Shown here one piece after another: positions 31,121-40,150 of a stretch of 64,000 nucleotides of DNA. The notes beneath the pieces are model-generated. The model was given only the letters and a program-made list of their open reading frames with translations, searched no databases and was not told the DNA's origin. The stretch covers positions 192,001-256,000 of the forward strand of contig CBEVQO010000003.1 of the NCBI GenBank assembly GCA_965552055.1. The letters run 5' to 3'. Position 1 is the stretch's first letter. Each line of letters starts with the position of its first letter. Both the position numbers and the translations under genes were made by a program. The DNA is from an uncultured bacterium (GTDB taxonomy: Bacteria > Hydrothermota > UBA3073 > NMUJ01 > CBEVQO01).

Positions 31121-32463
31121 AGAAAATACATTTCATAGGCATTGGTGGAATCGGAATGAGTGGAATTGCCGAATTGCTTCATAATATGGGGTTCGAAATT
31201 TCGGGTTCTGACCTGAAAAGGACTCCTATAACCGATAGGCTGAAAGGGATAGGGATAGATGTTAAAATCGGACATTCTCCTGAATATGTGAGAGGGAAAG
31301 ATCTGGTTGTTTACTCATCTGCTGTTAAAGATGACAATATTGAACTGCGGGAAGCCCGTGCTCTTGGTATACCCTGTATTCCCCGTGCAGAGATGCTGGG
31401 CGAACTTATGCGGTTGAAAGAAAGTATTGCTGTGACAGGTACTCATGGCAAAACAACTACGACTTCTATAATTGCCACGATATTTGATAAAGCGGGACTT
31501 GACCCCACTATAATCGTTGGTGGTAAATTAAAATCTTTACGGACAAACGCTAAACTCGGTGAAGGTAAATTTTTGATTTGTGAAGTTGACGAAAGTGATA
31601 AATTATTTTTAAATATGACACCTGTTCTTTCTGTAATTACATCGATAGATGATGATCATCTGGATAACTATAGGGATATTGATGAGATAAAGGATGCTTT
31701 CTTGCAATTTGCCAACAGAGTGCCGTTTTATGGAGCTGTTTTTTTATGCGCAGATGATAGGAATGTGAGGGAGATAGTATCCGGTATCAAAAGGAGATAT
31801 TTGACTTATGGCTTGAGTGAAGATGCAAGAGTTAGGGGTGAAATTTTGAATACCAATTTTGAATCTGTTTTTGAGGTGTGGGTGAATGGCGATTATCTTG
31901 GCAAGTTTAGATTAAGGCTACCCGGTATTTACAATGTTCAAAATGCACTGGCAGGCATTGCAGTTGCACTTGAGGTTGAGATACCTGTATCTGTGATAAG
32001 GGATGCGATTGATGAATTTCAGGGTGTTGAGAGGCGCTTTGAAATAAAAGGTGAGAGGAAAGGTGTAAAGGTTGTGGATGATTATGCGCATCATCCTTTT
32101 GAAATCGAGAATACTTTGCGTACTGCTCGTATGCTTGCACAGGGAAAAGTAATAGCCATATTCCAGCCACATTTATATTCGCGGACATTAAAGTTAAAAG
32201 ATAAATTTGGTGAATGTTTTAAATATGCAGATTATACCATCATAACGAAAGTTTATCCTGCGAGAGAGAAGCCGATTAAAGGGGTTACAGGAAAATTAAT
32301 CGTGGATGCATGTAAAGAGAAAGGATACAAAAATGTTGAATTTATTGAAGATTGGGATGAGATAAAAAAGAGGGTAGATGAAATCGCAGAGCCAGGTGAT
32401 TGGCTTTTAACCATAGGAGCAGGTGATATTTATAAATTGTCAGAGGAGATATTAAAATGTTAG
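31105..32463 (+). CDS. murC: UDP-MurNAc--L-Ala ligase
   Basis: HFIGIGGIGMSG, GTHGKTTTT, DESD, DDYAHHP, FQPHLYSRT. Confidence 0.96.
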   Translation: MFRHIKKIHFIGIGGIGMSGIAELLHNMGFEISGSDLKRTPITDRLKGIGIDVKIGHSPEYVRGKDLVVYSSAVKDDNIELREARALGIPCIPRAEMLGELMRLKESIAVTGTHGKTTTTSIIATIFDKAGLDPTIIVGGKLKSLRTNAKLGEGKFLICEVDESDKLFLNMTPVLSVITSIDDDHLDNYRDIDEIKDAFLQFANRVPFYGAVFLCADDRNVREIVSGIKRRYLTYGLSEDARVRGEILNTNFESVFEVWVNGDYLGKFRLRLPGIYNVQNALAGIAVALEVEIPVSVIRDAIDEFQGVERRFEIKGERKGVKVVDDYAHHPFEIENTLRTARMLAQGKVIAIFQPHLYSRTLKLKDKFGECFKYADYTIITKVYPAREKPIKGVTGKLIVDACKEKGYKNVEFIEDWDEIKKRVDEIAEPGDWLLTIGAGDIYKLSEEILKC

Positions 32464-33698
32464 GAAAAATTGTTGCAAGTATAGATATAGGCAGTTATAA
32501 GATAAAAGGCATAATCGGTAGAATAACAGAAGATGGGTATAAAATTTTGGGTTATAATGATATTCCTTCGGCAGGTGTGGAGAAGGGTCGTCTTGTTGAT
32601 ATTACAGAACTTACGCATAGAGTTAAAGAAGTTTATCACAATGCATGTGATGTAGCAGATATAAATAATGTAGATGTTGTTTGTTTTGGAGTGGGAGGTT
32701 CTCACATTGAGTTAATTGAGAAGGAAAGTTTACCTATTCCTGTGAGTAATGGCAGGGTGACGGAGCGTGATGTTGAAAGAGTAAGAGAATATGTTTTAAG
32801 GAATGTAAAAAAAGATGCAGAATATTTGAAAAAAGAAGTAATACAATCTGAGGTGCAATACTTTAAAATTGACGATAGTGATAAAGAAGTTAAGAATCCC
32901 GTTGATATGAGCGGAGAATATTTGAAAGTAAATATGGCTGTATTGGTTGGTGATAAGAATGAGGTAAAGGACTATTGTAAAGTTGCGACTGGTGCGAATA
33001 TTCCCGTGCCTTCGCTTTTTGTTCAGCCACTTGCAGCGAGTGCAGCAGTTTTAAGAACAGATGAAAAAGAAGCAGGAGTAGCATGCATCGATATAGGTGA
33101 CCAGACAACGGATATTGTTGTTTATAAAAGACAAAAAATAAGAAGAAAAGTTAAAATAATAAATAGAGGAGGAAAAAAGGTTACAGAAGATATAGCAAGT
33201 AGATTTGGGATAACTCTTAAAAATGCAGAAGAGATAAAAAAGAAATACGGTAAAGCGATGGTTGATTTGATGAAAGAAGAGGAGAAGGTAAACAAAATAG
33301 AGACCTTTGATACGCAGGGGAATCCTTTGAAGATACCGCAAATAGAACTTGTTCAGACGATAGAAAATTCTATGAGAGACCTTCTTATGGAAATTGTTGA
33401 AGTAATAAATTCTGAATTGCATCCGATAGATACTCTTGTAGCGGGTGTTGTCATAACAGGTGGTGTTGCTAATCTTCATGGTTTGCGTGCACTCGCCTAT
33501 GATGTGATGAAATTATCGGCAATAAGAATAGGTTATCCTGTTACCAGTTGTAGAGATTTAAATAAACCTGAATTTGCTGTCTCCATTGGTATGTTAAAAA
33601 TGTTTTCGAATCATAATGTTAAAAGGGTGAAAGCAAAGGGTGGTTTTTCGAGGTTTTTTGACTTTTTCAGGCGTTTAGGTGAGGATATTTTTAAATAG
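32457..33698 (+). CDS. ftsA: cell division protein FtsA
   Basis: IDIGSYKI, DEKEAGVACIDIG, VITGG; upstream of ftsZ. Confidence 0.9.
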   Translation: MLGKIVASIDIGSYKIKGIIGRITEDGYKILGYNDIPSAGVEKGRLVDITELTHRVKEVYHNACDVADINNVDVVCFGVGGSHIELIEKESLPIPVSNGRVTERDVERVREYVLRNVKKDAEYLKKEVIQSEVQYFKIDDSDKEVKNPVDMSGEYLKVNMAVLVGDKNEVKDYCKVATGANIPVPSLFVQPLAASAAVLRTDEKEAGVACIDIGDQTTDIVVYKRQKIRRKVKIINRGGKKVTEDIASRFGITLKNAEEIKKKYGKAMVDLMKEEEKVNKIETFDTQGNPLKIPQIELVQTIENSMRDLLMEIVEVINSELHPIDTLVAGVVITGGVANLHGLRALAYDVMKLSAIRIGYPVTSCRDLNKPEFAVSIGMLKMFSNHNVKRVKAKGGFSRFFDFFRRLGEDIFK

Positions 33699-33706
33699 GA
33701 GGTGAG

Positions 33707-34813
33707 ATGAAATTTCAGCTTGATTCTGGTTCTGTTCGTGCACCTTGCAGGGTGACAGTGGTGGGGGTAGGAGGCTGTGGCAACAATGCACTCACAAGAC
33801 TAATAGATGCAGGGATACAGGGAGTAGAATTTATTGCGATAGATACAGATTTACAGGCATTAAAAGGATGTAAAGCTGCGAATAAAGTAGCGATAGGAAA
33901 AGAACTTACGAAAAATTTTGGTGCAGGAGGGAAACCCGAGGTCGGTAAAAAAGCATTTGAGGAAAGTAAAGAAGAGATAAAAAAACAACTAGAAGGCTCT
34001 GATATGGTTATAATAACCGCTGGAATGGGAGGGGGAACTGGCACAGGAGCTGCTCCTTTAGTTGCTGAGATGTGCAAAAATGAGCTGAATGCTTTAACTG
34101 TTGCAGCAGTTGCAATGCCATTTAAGTTTGAAGCAAAAAGAAGAAAAATAGCAGAAGAAGGATTAAATGAGATAAAAGAAGCAGCGGATTCTTATATGAT
34201 AATAGATAATAATAGATTGCTTGAACACAGAAATTTAACCTTTTCGATGGCTCTGCTGGAAGCTGATAAAGCGTTGCATAATCTGATAAAAAGTATAACA
34301 GAGATAATAATGACACTTGGTGTGATAAATATAGATTATAGTGATATAAAATCTGTAATGGAAGAAGGAGGAGAAGCATTTGTGGGTTTGGGGATAGCGA
34401 AGGGTGAAGAGCGTGCTCAAAGAGTACTCGAATCTGCATTGAAAGCTCCTTTGTGTGGTAATCCATCGATAGAAGGTGCGAAAAAGATACTCGTGAACAT
34501 TAAGGGAGGGAAAGACCTGAAGACAGGAGAGGTAGATTACATAATGGGAGAAATTTACTCGTTAGCCGGTGAAGAAGCTTTTATAGTAACGGGTTTAATG
34601 CAGGATGAGAATACAAAGGATGAAGTAAAATTAACATTAATAGCAACGGGATTGCCAGAGAGAACTTTGCTGGAAGAAAGACGGAGAGAACTGGAAGGAG
34701 ATATAATTGGTGTCAGAAAAAAACGCTTACGAGAGTCACTGGAAAGATTTAAGGACGAAATAGAACAGGAGGAAATACCTTCTTTTCTGTATTCTAAAGA
34801 GATAGAGAGCTGA
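33707..34813 (+). CDS. ftsZ: cell division protein FtsZ
   Basis: VGVGGCGNNA, GAGGKPEVG, GMGGGTGTGAAP, INIDYSD. Confidence 0.96.
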   Translation: MKFQLDSGSVRAPCRVTVVGVGGCGNNALTRLIDAGIQGVEFIAIDTDLQALKGCKAANKVAIGKELTKNFGAGGKPEVGKKAFEESKEEIKKQLEGSDMVIITAGMGGGTGTGAAPLVAEMCKNELNALTVAAVAMPFKFEAKRRKIAEEGLNEIKEAADSYMIIDNNRLLEHRNLTFSMALLEADKALHNLIKSITEIIMTLGVINIDYSDIKSVMEEGGEAFVGLGIAKGEERAQRVLESALKAPLCGNPSIEGAKKILVNIKGGKDLKTGEVDYIMGEIYSLAGEEAFIVTGLMQDENTKDEVKLTLIATGLPERTLLEERRRELEGDIIGVRKKRLRESLERFKDEIEQEEIPSFLYSKEIES

Positions 34814-34870
34814 TTTGTAAATTCGAAATTTTTAGTTGACAAATTGATATTTTAAATAAATAAAAGTGAA

Positions 34871-37384
34871 ATGATGTGGTTTTTATTAATGGTATTAAAT
34901 ATGAAGGGGTTATTTGGAGACTTTTATCTTACGAATTCTGGTGCTGGTAAGAGTGCTGGTGCAGGGCTTTTTATTGCGTTAGGCGGGCATTACGGAAGAT
35001 ACTGGCATCCCTATGCTTATGGTAAACAGAGCTGCGGTATTGGGGATTTGCTTTATGGTGTAAATCTTACTCCTGTTAGATTTCTGGAGATGGGTGTATC
35101 AGGTGGATACTTTTTTGAAGGAGCTTATGCTGACTCTCCGGATGTAAAGGGCAGGAATATCGGGAGTTATGGTTTGAGCGACATTTCACTGAATACTAAA
35201 TTTATGATTTCTGAATTGATAAGGATGCTTTATCCTGAGTATCCCGAATATCTTATGACGATGGATTTTGGACTTGGATTGAGTTTGATTCTGCCAACAG
35301 GTGAAGAGAGAGGCGATTTAAAACAACCAGGTAGTGATACGCTACTCGGATGGGTGTTCAGAGGAGTTGAAGGAGGCTATTTCAGATTTTACACTTCAGG
35401 AGGAATAGGTGTTGGCTTTACTGGCTTATATACTTATCGGATTCCTGCTCGTTTTCCTGTTTTTATAAATTTAAATCTCGGAGGAATATGGTATCAAAAG
35501 AGTGTTTCGCGATATATTATGGGGATAAGTGTGATGCCGAGATTTACTTCTGTTTATCCTTACCTGTCTCTCCTTATTGATGGGAGGTTGAATTCACAAT
35601 TAAATGACGGTGGCGGTAAATTATCACTCGGTTTACACTATGAACCTGTGAGTAACACTTTCTTTTACTTAAATTTTGATTTGAGATTATGGGGACCCCC
35701 TGAATGGGATGTTGTGGATAGGGCTCTGCATATTCAGCGTTCATGGGCTAATAATCCTTCGTGGAAAGTATATGTGGGTTTCGCTCAGGAATTTGTATTT
35801 AAAAAACCAAAATATAAAGGAATATTATCCGGCACACTGGAAGATAGGGAAACAGGTTTAGCGATAATGGGTGTAATAAGGATAGAAGAACTTGATACTG
35901 CAATAGCGACTAAACAGGTTGAGACTGCACTTGGTGGTGTTGCAAGTGTATTTGAAATAAGGTTACCCGCTCCTCAGAAATATACTTTGAGAGCAGAGAG
36001 GGAAGGCTACATTCCAAAGGATACGGTTGTGCTTGTGATGCCCGGGAAAAGAACAGATATAAGAATAACTTTAAAGAAGAAAAAGATAAAAGCAGGTTTA
36101 ATCGTAGGCAGGGTAATTGATAAGGAAACAGGCACTCCACTGACAGCTGTTATAAAATTTGTTGGAAAAGATATACCTCCTGTAAAAAGTGATGCTCGTA
36201 AGGGTGGACAATTTAAAATCAGGTTGCCTTATGGAGTATATGCGATAAGAGTTGAGAAAACAGGATATGTTCCATACACAGAAGTTGTAAATTTAAGGGA
36301 GAAAGCTTACACTTTAAATGTTGAGCTTGTTAAGAAAGAGAGAGGAATTGTGTTGAGGGGCACTGTGCTGGATGAAAAGACAGGAGAACCTGTCGAAGCG
36401 AAGGTTGAGATTGTAGGAGTAGAGGTAGCTCCTGTTACCGCTTATAATGGCAAATATGAAATTGTGTTGCCCAAAAAGGGTTCTTACATTATAAGAGCAG
36501 AGCATAAAGATTATTTGCCTTTCAGTGGACTTGTTGCCTGTTTTTCTCCTGTTACCGAATATCAGATAAAACTTGTTCCCAAACCAAAAGAAGCAATATT
36601 GATGGGTTGTGTAAGGGATAGAGAAACAGGTGAGCCCATAAGCGGGGCGAAAATCAAGCTGGCAGAAACAGGAATAATAATTGGTGAGACAGATTCCCTT
36701 GGAGTTTATAAAGTGAAACTTCTACCCGAAAGATACATTTTAAGGGTCGAAAAAGAAGGTTATATTCCTGCAATAAAGCCCGTTGTAATTCCGGGAAGAG
36801 AAGGAGCTGTATGTGATATCGAACTTTATCCCGCTAAAGTAGAGAAAAGCAGTATAGAAGGCATGGTGATAGATTACTTTGATAAAACTCCGGTAAAAGC
36901 AAAGATAACTTTCCCCAGTACCCGGGGCAAACCTTCTATCTCCTGTGATGCCGATGGTAAATTTAAAATTATACTACCTGTTGGTGAACATATAGCGAAA
37001 ATAACTGCTTACGGTTATGTGACACAGCTGTCAAAAGTTACATGTGAGGCAGGGGTTACAAAGAAATATAAGTTTAAGCTCATACGGGAAGGTAAACCTT
37101 TGAAATTTGGCAAAATTAAATTTAAAGCAGATGGAACTTTTGTAATCCCTCCATCTACATCCAGGGAGATTATTAAATTACTAAAACTTCACATGCGCTC
37201 AAAAGTAATTGCAAAGATGAAAATATATCTACCCGGAATAAGTGATTTAAAGAGAGGAGAAAAAATATCCGATGCTTTCAAGGATTATTTTGTTAAGAAA
37301 GGCATTCCGGAAGATTTTATAGTTGTTGAGCCAATTTTAAACGCTTCTGCTTCGAAAGTTGAGCTTGTATTTATAAGGAGGTGA
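34871..37384 (+). CDS. putative outer-membrane protein: N-terminal beta-barrel-like region, five carboxypeptidase-regulatory-like repeats, degenerate OmpA-like C-terminus
   Basis: Five G.V.D.ETG.P...Y.IR.EK.GY.P-type repeats; aromatic/Gly-rich N-terminus; TTGACA at 34836. Confidence 0.65.
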   Translation: MMWFLLMVLNMKGLFGDFYLTNSGAGKSAGAGLFIALGGHYGRYWHPYAYGKQSCGIGDLLYGVNLTPVRFLEMGVSGGYFFEGAYADSPDVKGRNIGSYGLSDISLNTKFMISELIRMLYPEYPEYLMTMDFGLGLSLILPTGEERGDLKQPGSDTLLGWVFRGVEGGYFRFYTSGGIGVGFTGLYTYRIPARFPVFINLNLGGIWYQKSVSRYIMGISVMPRFTSVYPYLSLLIDGRLNSQLNDGGGKLSLGLHYEPVSNTFFYLNFDLRLWGPPEWDVVDRALHIQRSWANNPSWKVYVGFAQEFVFKKPKYKGILSGTLEDRETGLAIMGVIRIEELDTAIATKQVETALGGVASVFEIRLPAPQKYTLRAEREGYIPKDTVVLVMPGKRTDIRITLKKKKIKAGLIVGRVIDKETGTPLTAVIKFVGKDIPPVKSDARKGGQFKIRLPYGVYAIRVEKTGYVPYTEVVNLREKAYTLNVELVKKERGIVLRGTVLDEKTGEPVEAKVEIVGVEVAPVTAYNGKYEIVLPKKGSYIIRAEHKDYLPFSGLVACFSPVTEYQIKLVPKPKEAILMGCVRDRETGEPISGAKIKLAETGIIIGETDSLGVYKVKLLPERYILRVEKEGYIPAIKPVVIPGREGAVCDIELYPAKVEKSSIEGMVIDYFDKTPVKAKITFPSTRGKPSISCDADGKFKIILPVGEHIAKITAYGYVTQLSKVTCEAGVTKKYKFKLIREGKPLKFGKIKFKADGTFVIPPSTSREIIKLLKLHMRSKVIAKMKIYLPGISDLKRGEKISDAFKDYFVKKGIPEDFIVVEPILNASASKVELVFIRR

Positions 37385-37385
37385 A

Positions 37386-37646
37386 ATGCCAAAGACAAGG
37401 TCTGCGAAAAAGAGGTTAAGACAAAGTGAAAAAAGGAGATTAAGAAATAAGATGTATAAGACACGCATTAAGACAGCGCTTAAGAAATTGGAAGAGGGAG
37501 AAGGCGATATAAAGGAGTTGCTAAACGAAGCATATTCTGCGATTGATAAGGCAGTGAAAAAAGGAGTGATTCACAGGAATAAAGGTGCGAGGTTAAAATC
37601 AAAAGCTGCAGAGATAGCGAACAAATGGCTACAACAGCAGACATAA
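37386..37646 (+). CDS. rpsT: 30S ribosomal protein S20
   Basis: SAKKRLRQSEKRRLRN, IDKAVKKGVIHRNKGARLKS. Confidence 0.96.
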   Translation: MPKTRSAKKRLRQSEKRRLRNKMYKTRIKTALKKLEEGEGDIKELLNEAYSAIDKAVKKGVIHRNKGARLKSKAAEIANKWLQQQT

Positions 37647-38185
37647 AAAAAGGAATGACACTGAAATTCGATGATAAACTTTATAAAGTGCTCGATTTTA
37701 CCCATGTAAAACTTGCAAGAGCAGGAGCTTTTGTCAGATTGAAGTTAAAAGATATAACATCGGGTGCCGTAATAGAAAAAACTTTGAACGCAGGTGAAGA
37801 AATAGAACCAGTTTACATAGAATATAAAGATGCACAATATCTTTATAAAGAAGATGACATTTATCATTTTATGGATATGGAAACCTATGAACAGATAAGT
37901 ATTCCGAAAGATTTGCTTGAGGATGCAATTCCCTATTTAGTTGAAAATATGGAAGTTCAAATAATGTTTGCCGAAGGCAAGCCGATAGGTGTTAAGTTGC
38001 CAACATTTTGTATTTTAAAAGTTGTGGAAACAGACCCCGGTGTTCGCGGGGATACAGTTTCCGGAGGCTCAAAGCCAGCGATATTGGAAACAGGTTTGAG
38101 AGTAGATGTCCCTTTGTTTATTCAGGTGGGCGATAAGATAAAAGTTGATACAAGAACGGGAAAATATGTTGAAAGAGTAGAATGA
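37625..38185 (+). CDS. efp: elongation factor P
   Basis: AFVRLKLK, QYLY, FMDMETYEQ, PGVRGDT, KPAILETG, VPLFI, DTRTG.Y. Confidence 0.96.
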   Translation: MATTADIKKGMTLKFDDKLYKVLDFTHVKLARAGAFVRLKLKDITSGAVIEKTLNAGEEIEPVYIEYKDAQYLYKEDDIYHFMDMETYEQISIPKDLLEDAIPYLVENMEVQIMFAEGKPIGVKLPTFCILKVVETDPGVRGDTVSGGSKPAILETGLRVDVPLFIQVGDKIKVDTRTGKYVERVE

Positions 38186-38757
38186 ATTTACTCGATATAT
38201 TGATAAGAGGAGGAATTTTGATGATACCCATAGGAATAGCTTCTATCATTGGCATCGCAATAATCATCACTAAATTCATAATGCTGAAAGAATGTAATAT
38301 TGAACCTGAAATTATGAATCAAATAGAGCAGAAGATAAGAAAAGGAGATAAGGAGGGATTACTTGAATTAGCAAAAATTTATGGCAATGAGAAAGTATCG
38401 AGATTGGTAGAGACGGGCATACTTTATGGGAAAGATGCTTTGAAAGTTGCGATAACAGATGAGATAACTTATGCTAATAAATACATGGGAGGACTTGCTA
38501 CTATTATAGGTATTGCACCTTTGCTTGGCTTCCTTGGTACTGTAACAGGCATGATAAGAGCATTTATGAGGGTTCAGGAATTAGGAGGTAATGTAAATGC
38601 ATCTGTACTTGCAGGAGGCATCTGGGAGGCGCTTGTAACAACGGCAGCAGGTCTGGCTGTCGCAATAATAATGTATATCTTCTACAATTACTTTGTTGGC
38701 AGAATTAGAAACTATTCACAAAGACTAAAAACCTTAGAAGAACTCCTCACAAAATAA
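38182..38757 (+). CDS. MotA/TolQ/ExbB proton channel protein
   Basis: APLLGFLGTVTGMIRAF, LAGGIWEALVTTAAGL. Confidence 0.92.
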   Translation: MNLLDILIRGGILMIPIGIASIIGIAIIITKFIMLKECNIEPEIMNQIEQKIRKGDKEGLLELAKIYGNEKVSRLVETGILYGKDALKVAITDEITYANKYMGGLATIIGIAPLLGFLGTVTGMIRAFMRVQELGGNVNASVLAGGIWEALVTTAAGLAVAIIMYIFYNYFVGRIRNYSQRLKTLEELLTK

Positions 38758-39149
38758 TGGAAGAAAGAGAATATATGACACATATAAATCCGATTTCGAT
38801 TGCAGATGTTATTTTGCTTTTGATAATTTTCTTTTTGCTTACATCTACTTATGTTATGGAACCCGGGATAAGGGTAAAATTACCTGTAGCAAAAACTGCA
38901 GAAGTGGTATCAGAAAAAAATATAATTATTAGCTTGACAATTGATGGAAAAGTATTTATAAATAATAAGGAGGTGAGTTTGGAAGAATTTGATATAATAT
39001 TGGGTGATTTGTTAAAGAGTTCAAAGAATAAGGTGGTAATAATAAGGTCAGATAAAAGGTTACCTGTTAGTCGTTTAGTTCGCATTATGGATTTAGCGCG
39101 TTCTGCTGGTGCGGAGAAATTTTTGATAGCAACAAGGAGGTTTGAATGA
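38757..39149 (+). CDS. ExbD/TolR family protein
   Basis: ISIADVILLLIIFFLL with conserved TM Asp, VKLP, IRSDK. Confidence 0.9.
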   Translation: MEEREYMTHINPISIADVILLLIIFFLLTSTYVMEPGIRVKLPVAKTAEVVSEKNIIISLTIDGKVFINNKEVSLEEFDIILGDLLKSSKNKVVIIRSDKRLPVSRLVRIMDLARSAGAEKFLIATRRFE

Positions 39150-40150
39150 GGCGTTATTCTTTAATAATTTTAGGGATTTTTTTATCGCTTAAAGCGTTTT
39201 GTGGCACAAATCAAGCGGCTGCTATATTTTTGATGATATACCCGGGTGCGAGAGCCGTTGGAATGGGTTGCTCATTTGTCGGAGTTTGTGATGATGCCGA
39301 AGCTACTTATTACAATGATGGAGGTATACCTTTCGTTGGTCATAACGATGTGCAATTTATGTATGTAAAATGGCTACCAGGTTTGTGGCACGATATGTAT
39401 TACACATTCTTATCAGCTATTAAATACGATGAAGACAGGGCTATTGGCATACATTTTATTTATCTAAATACTGGTTTAACCGAAGGATACGATGAAGAGG
39501 GCAATCCTATTGGTACATGGACTACTTTTGATTTTGCAGTTAAATTATCTTATGCAATGAGATTGAGTGAAGATGTAGGGATAGGAGCTGGTGCGAAATT
39601 CATTTATAGTTTTTTATGCCCTGAATGGGCTCTCAAAGCGGTTAACATAGGTTTAACTCAGGGTGGCACGGGCACAGCTGCTGCCCTTGATTTCGGTTTA
39701 TTCTACAAATTTAATGAATATTTTAAATATGGGATAGCTTTACAGAATGTCGGTAGCAAAATAAAATATACTGAATCGGGTGAGGGTGACCCATTGCCTA
39801 CGGCATTGCGAATGGGCTTCTCTGTAATCCCATTAAAATCCGAATATTACTCACTGTTGTGGACAGTGGAATTTGTGAAAGTAGTTATTGGATTTCTGGA
39901 TGAGATTAAGAACAGGGAATATAAATACATATGGGATGATACATGGAAAGGCATGGGTTTTGAATTGAATTTGTTGGGTATGTTTGCTGCGCGTGCCGGA
40001 TACTTCTGGGACACAGAAGGAGCGAGAGAGGGCTGGACATGGGGAGCGAGCGTAGGATATAAATCTCTGAGAATAGATATCGGTGTGGATGCAGCAATAT
40101 ATTCGTTTAAGACAACAAATTACAGACTGGCATTAAACTACAGCTGGTAA
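39146..40150 (+). CDS. PorV/PorQ-family beta-barrel
   Basis: Signal peptide, FLMIYPGARAVGMG...DDAEATYYN, ALDFG, LQNVG, PLPTALRMG, terminal aromatic W. Confidence 0.8.
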   Translation: MRRYSLIILGIFLSLKAFCGTNQAAAIFLMIYPGARAVGMGCSFVGVCDDAEATYYNDGGIPFVGHNDVQFMYVKWLPGLWHDMYYTFLSAIKYDEDRAIGIHFIYLNTGLTEGYDEEGNPIGTWTTFDFAVKLSYAMRLSEDVGIGAGAKFIYSFLCPEWALKAVNIGLTQGGTGTAAALDFGLFYKFNEYFKYGIALQNVGSKIKYTESGEGDPLPTALRMGFSVIPLKSEYYSLLWTVEFVKVVIGFLDEIKNREYKYIWDDTWKGMGFELNLLGMFAARAGYFWDTEGAREGWTWGASVGYKSLRIDIGVDAAIYSFKTTNYRLALNYSW

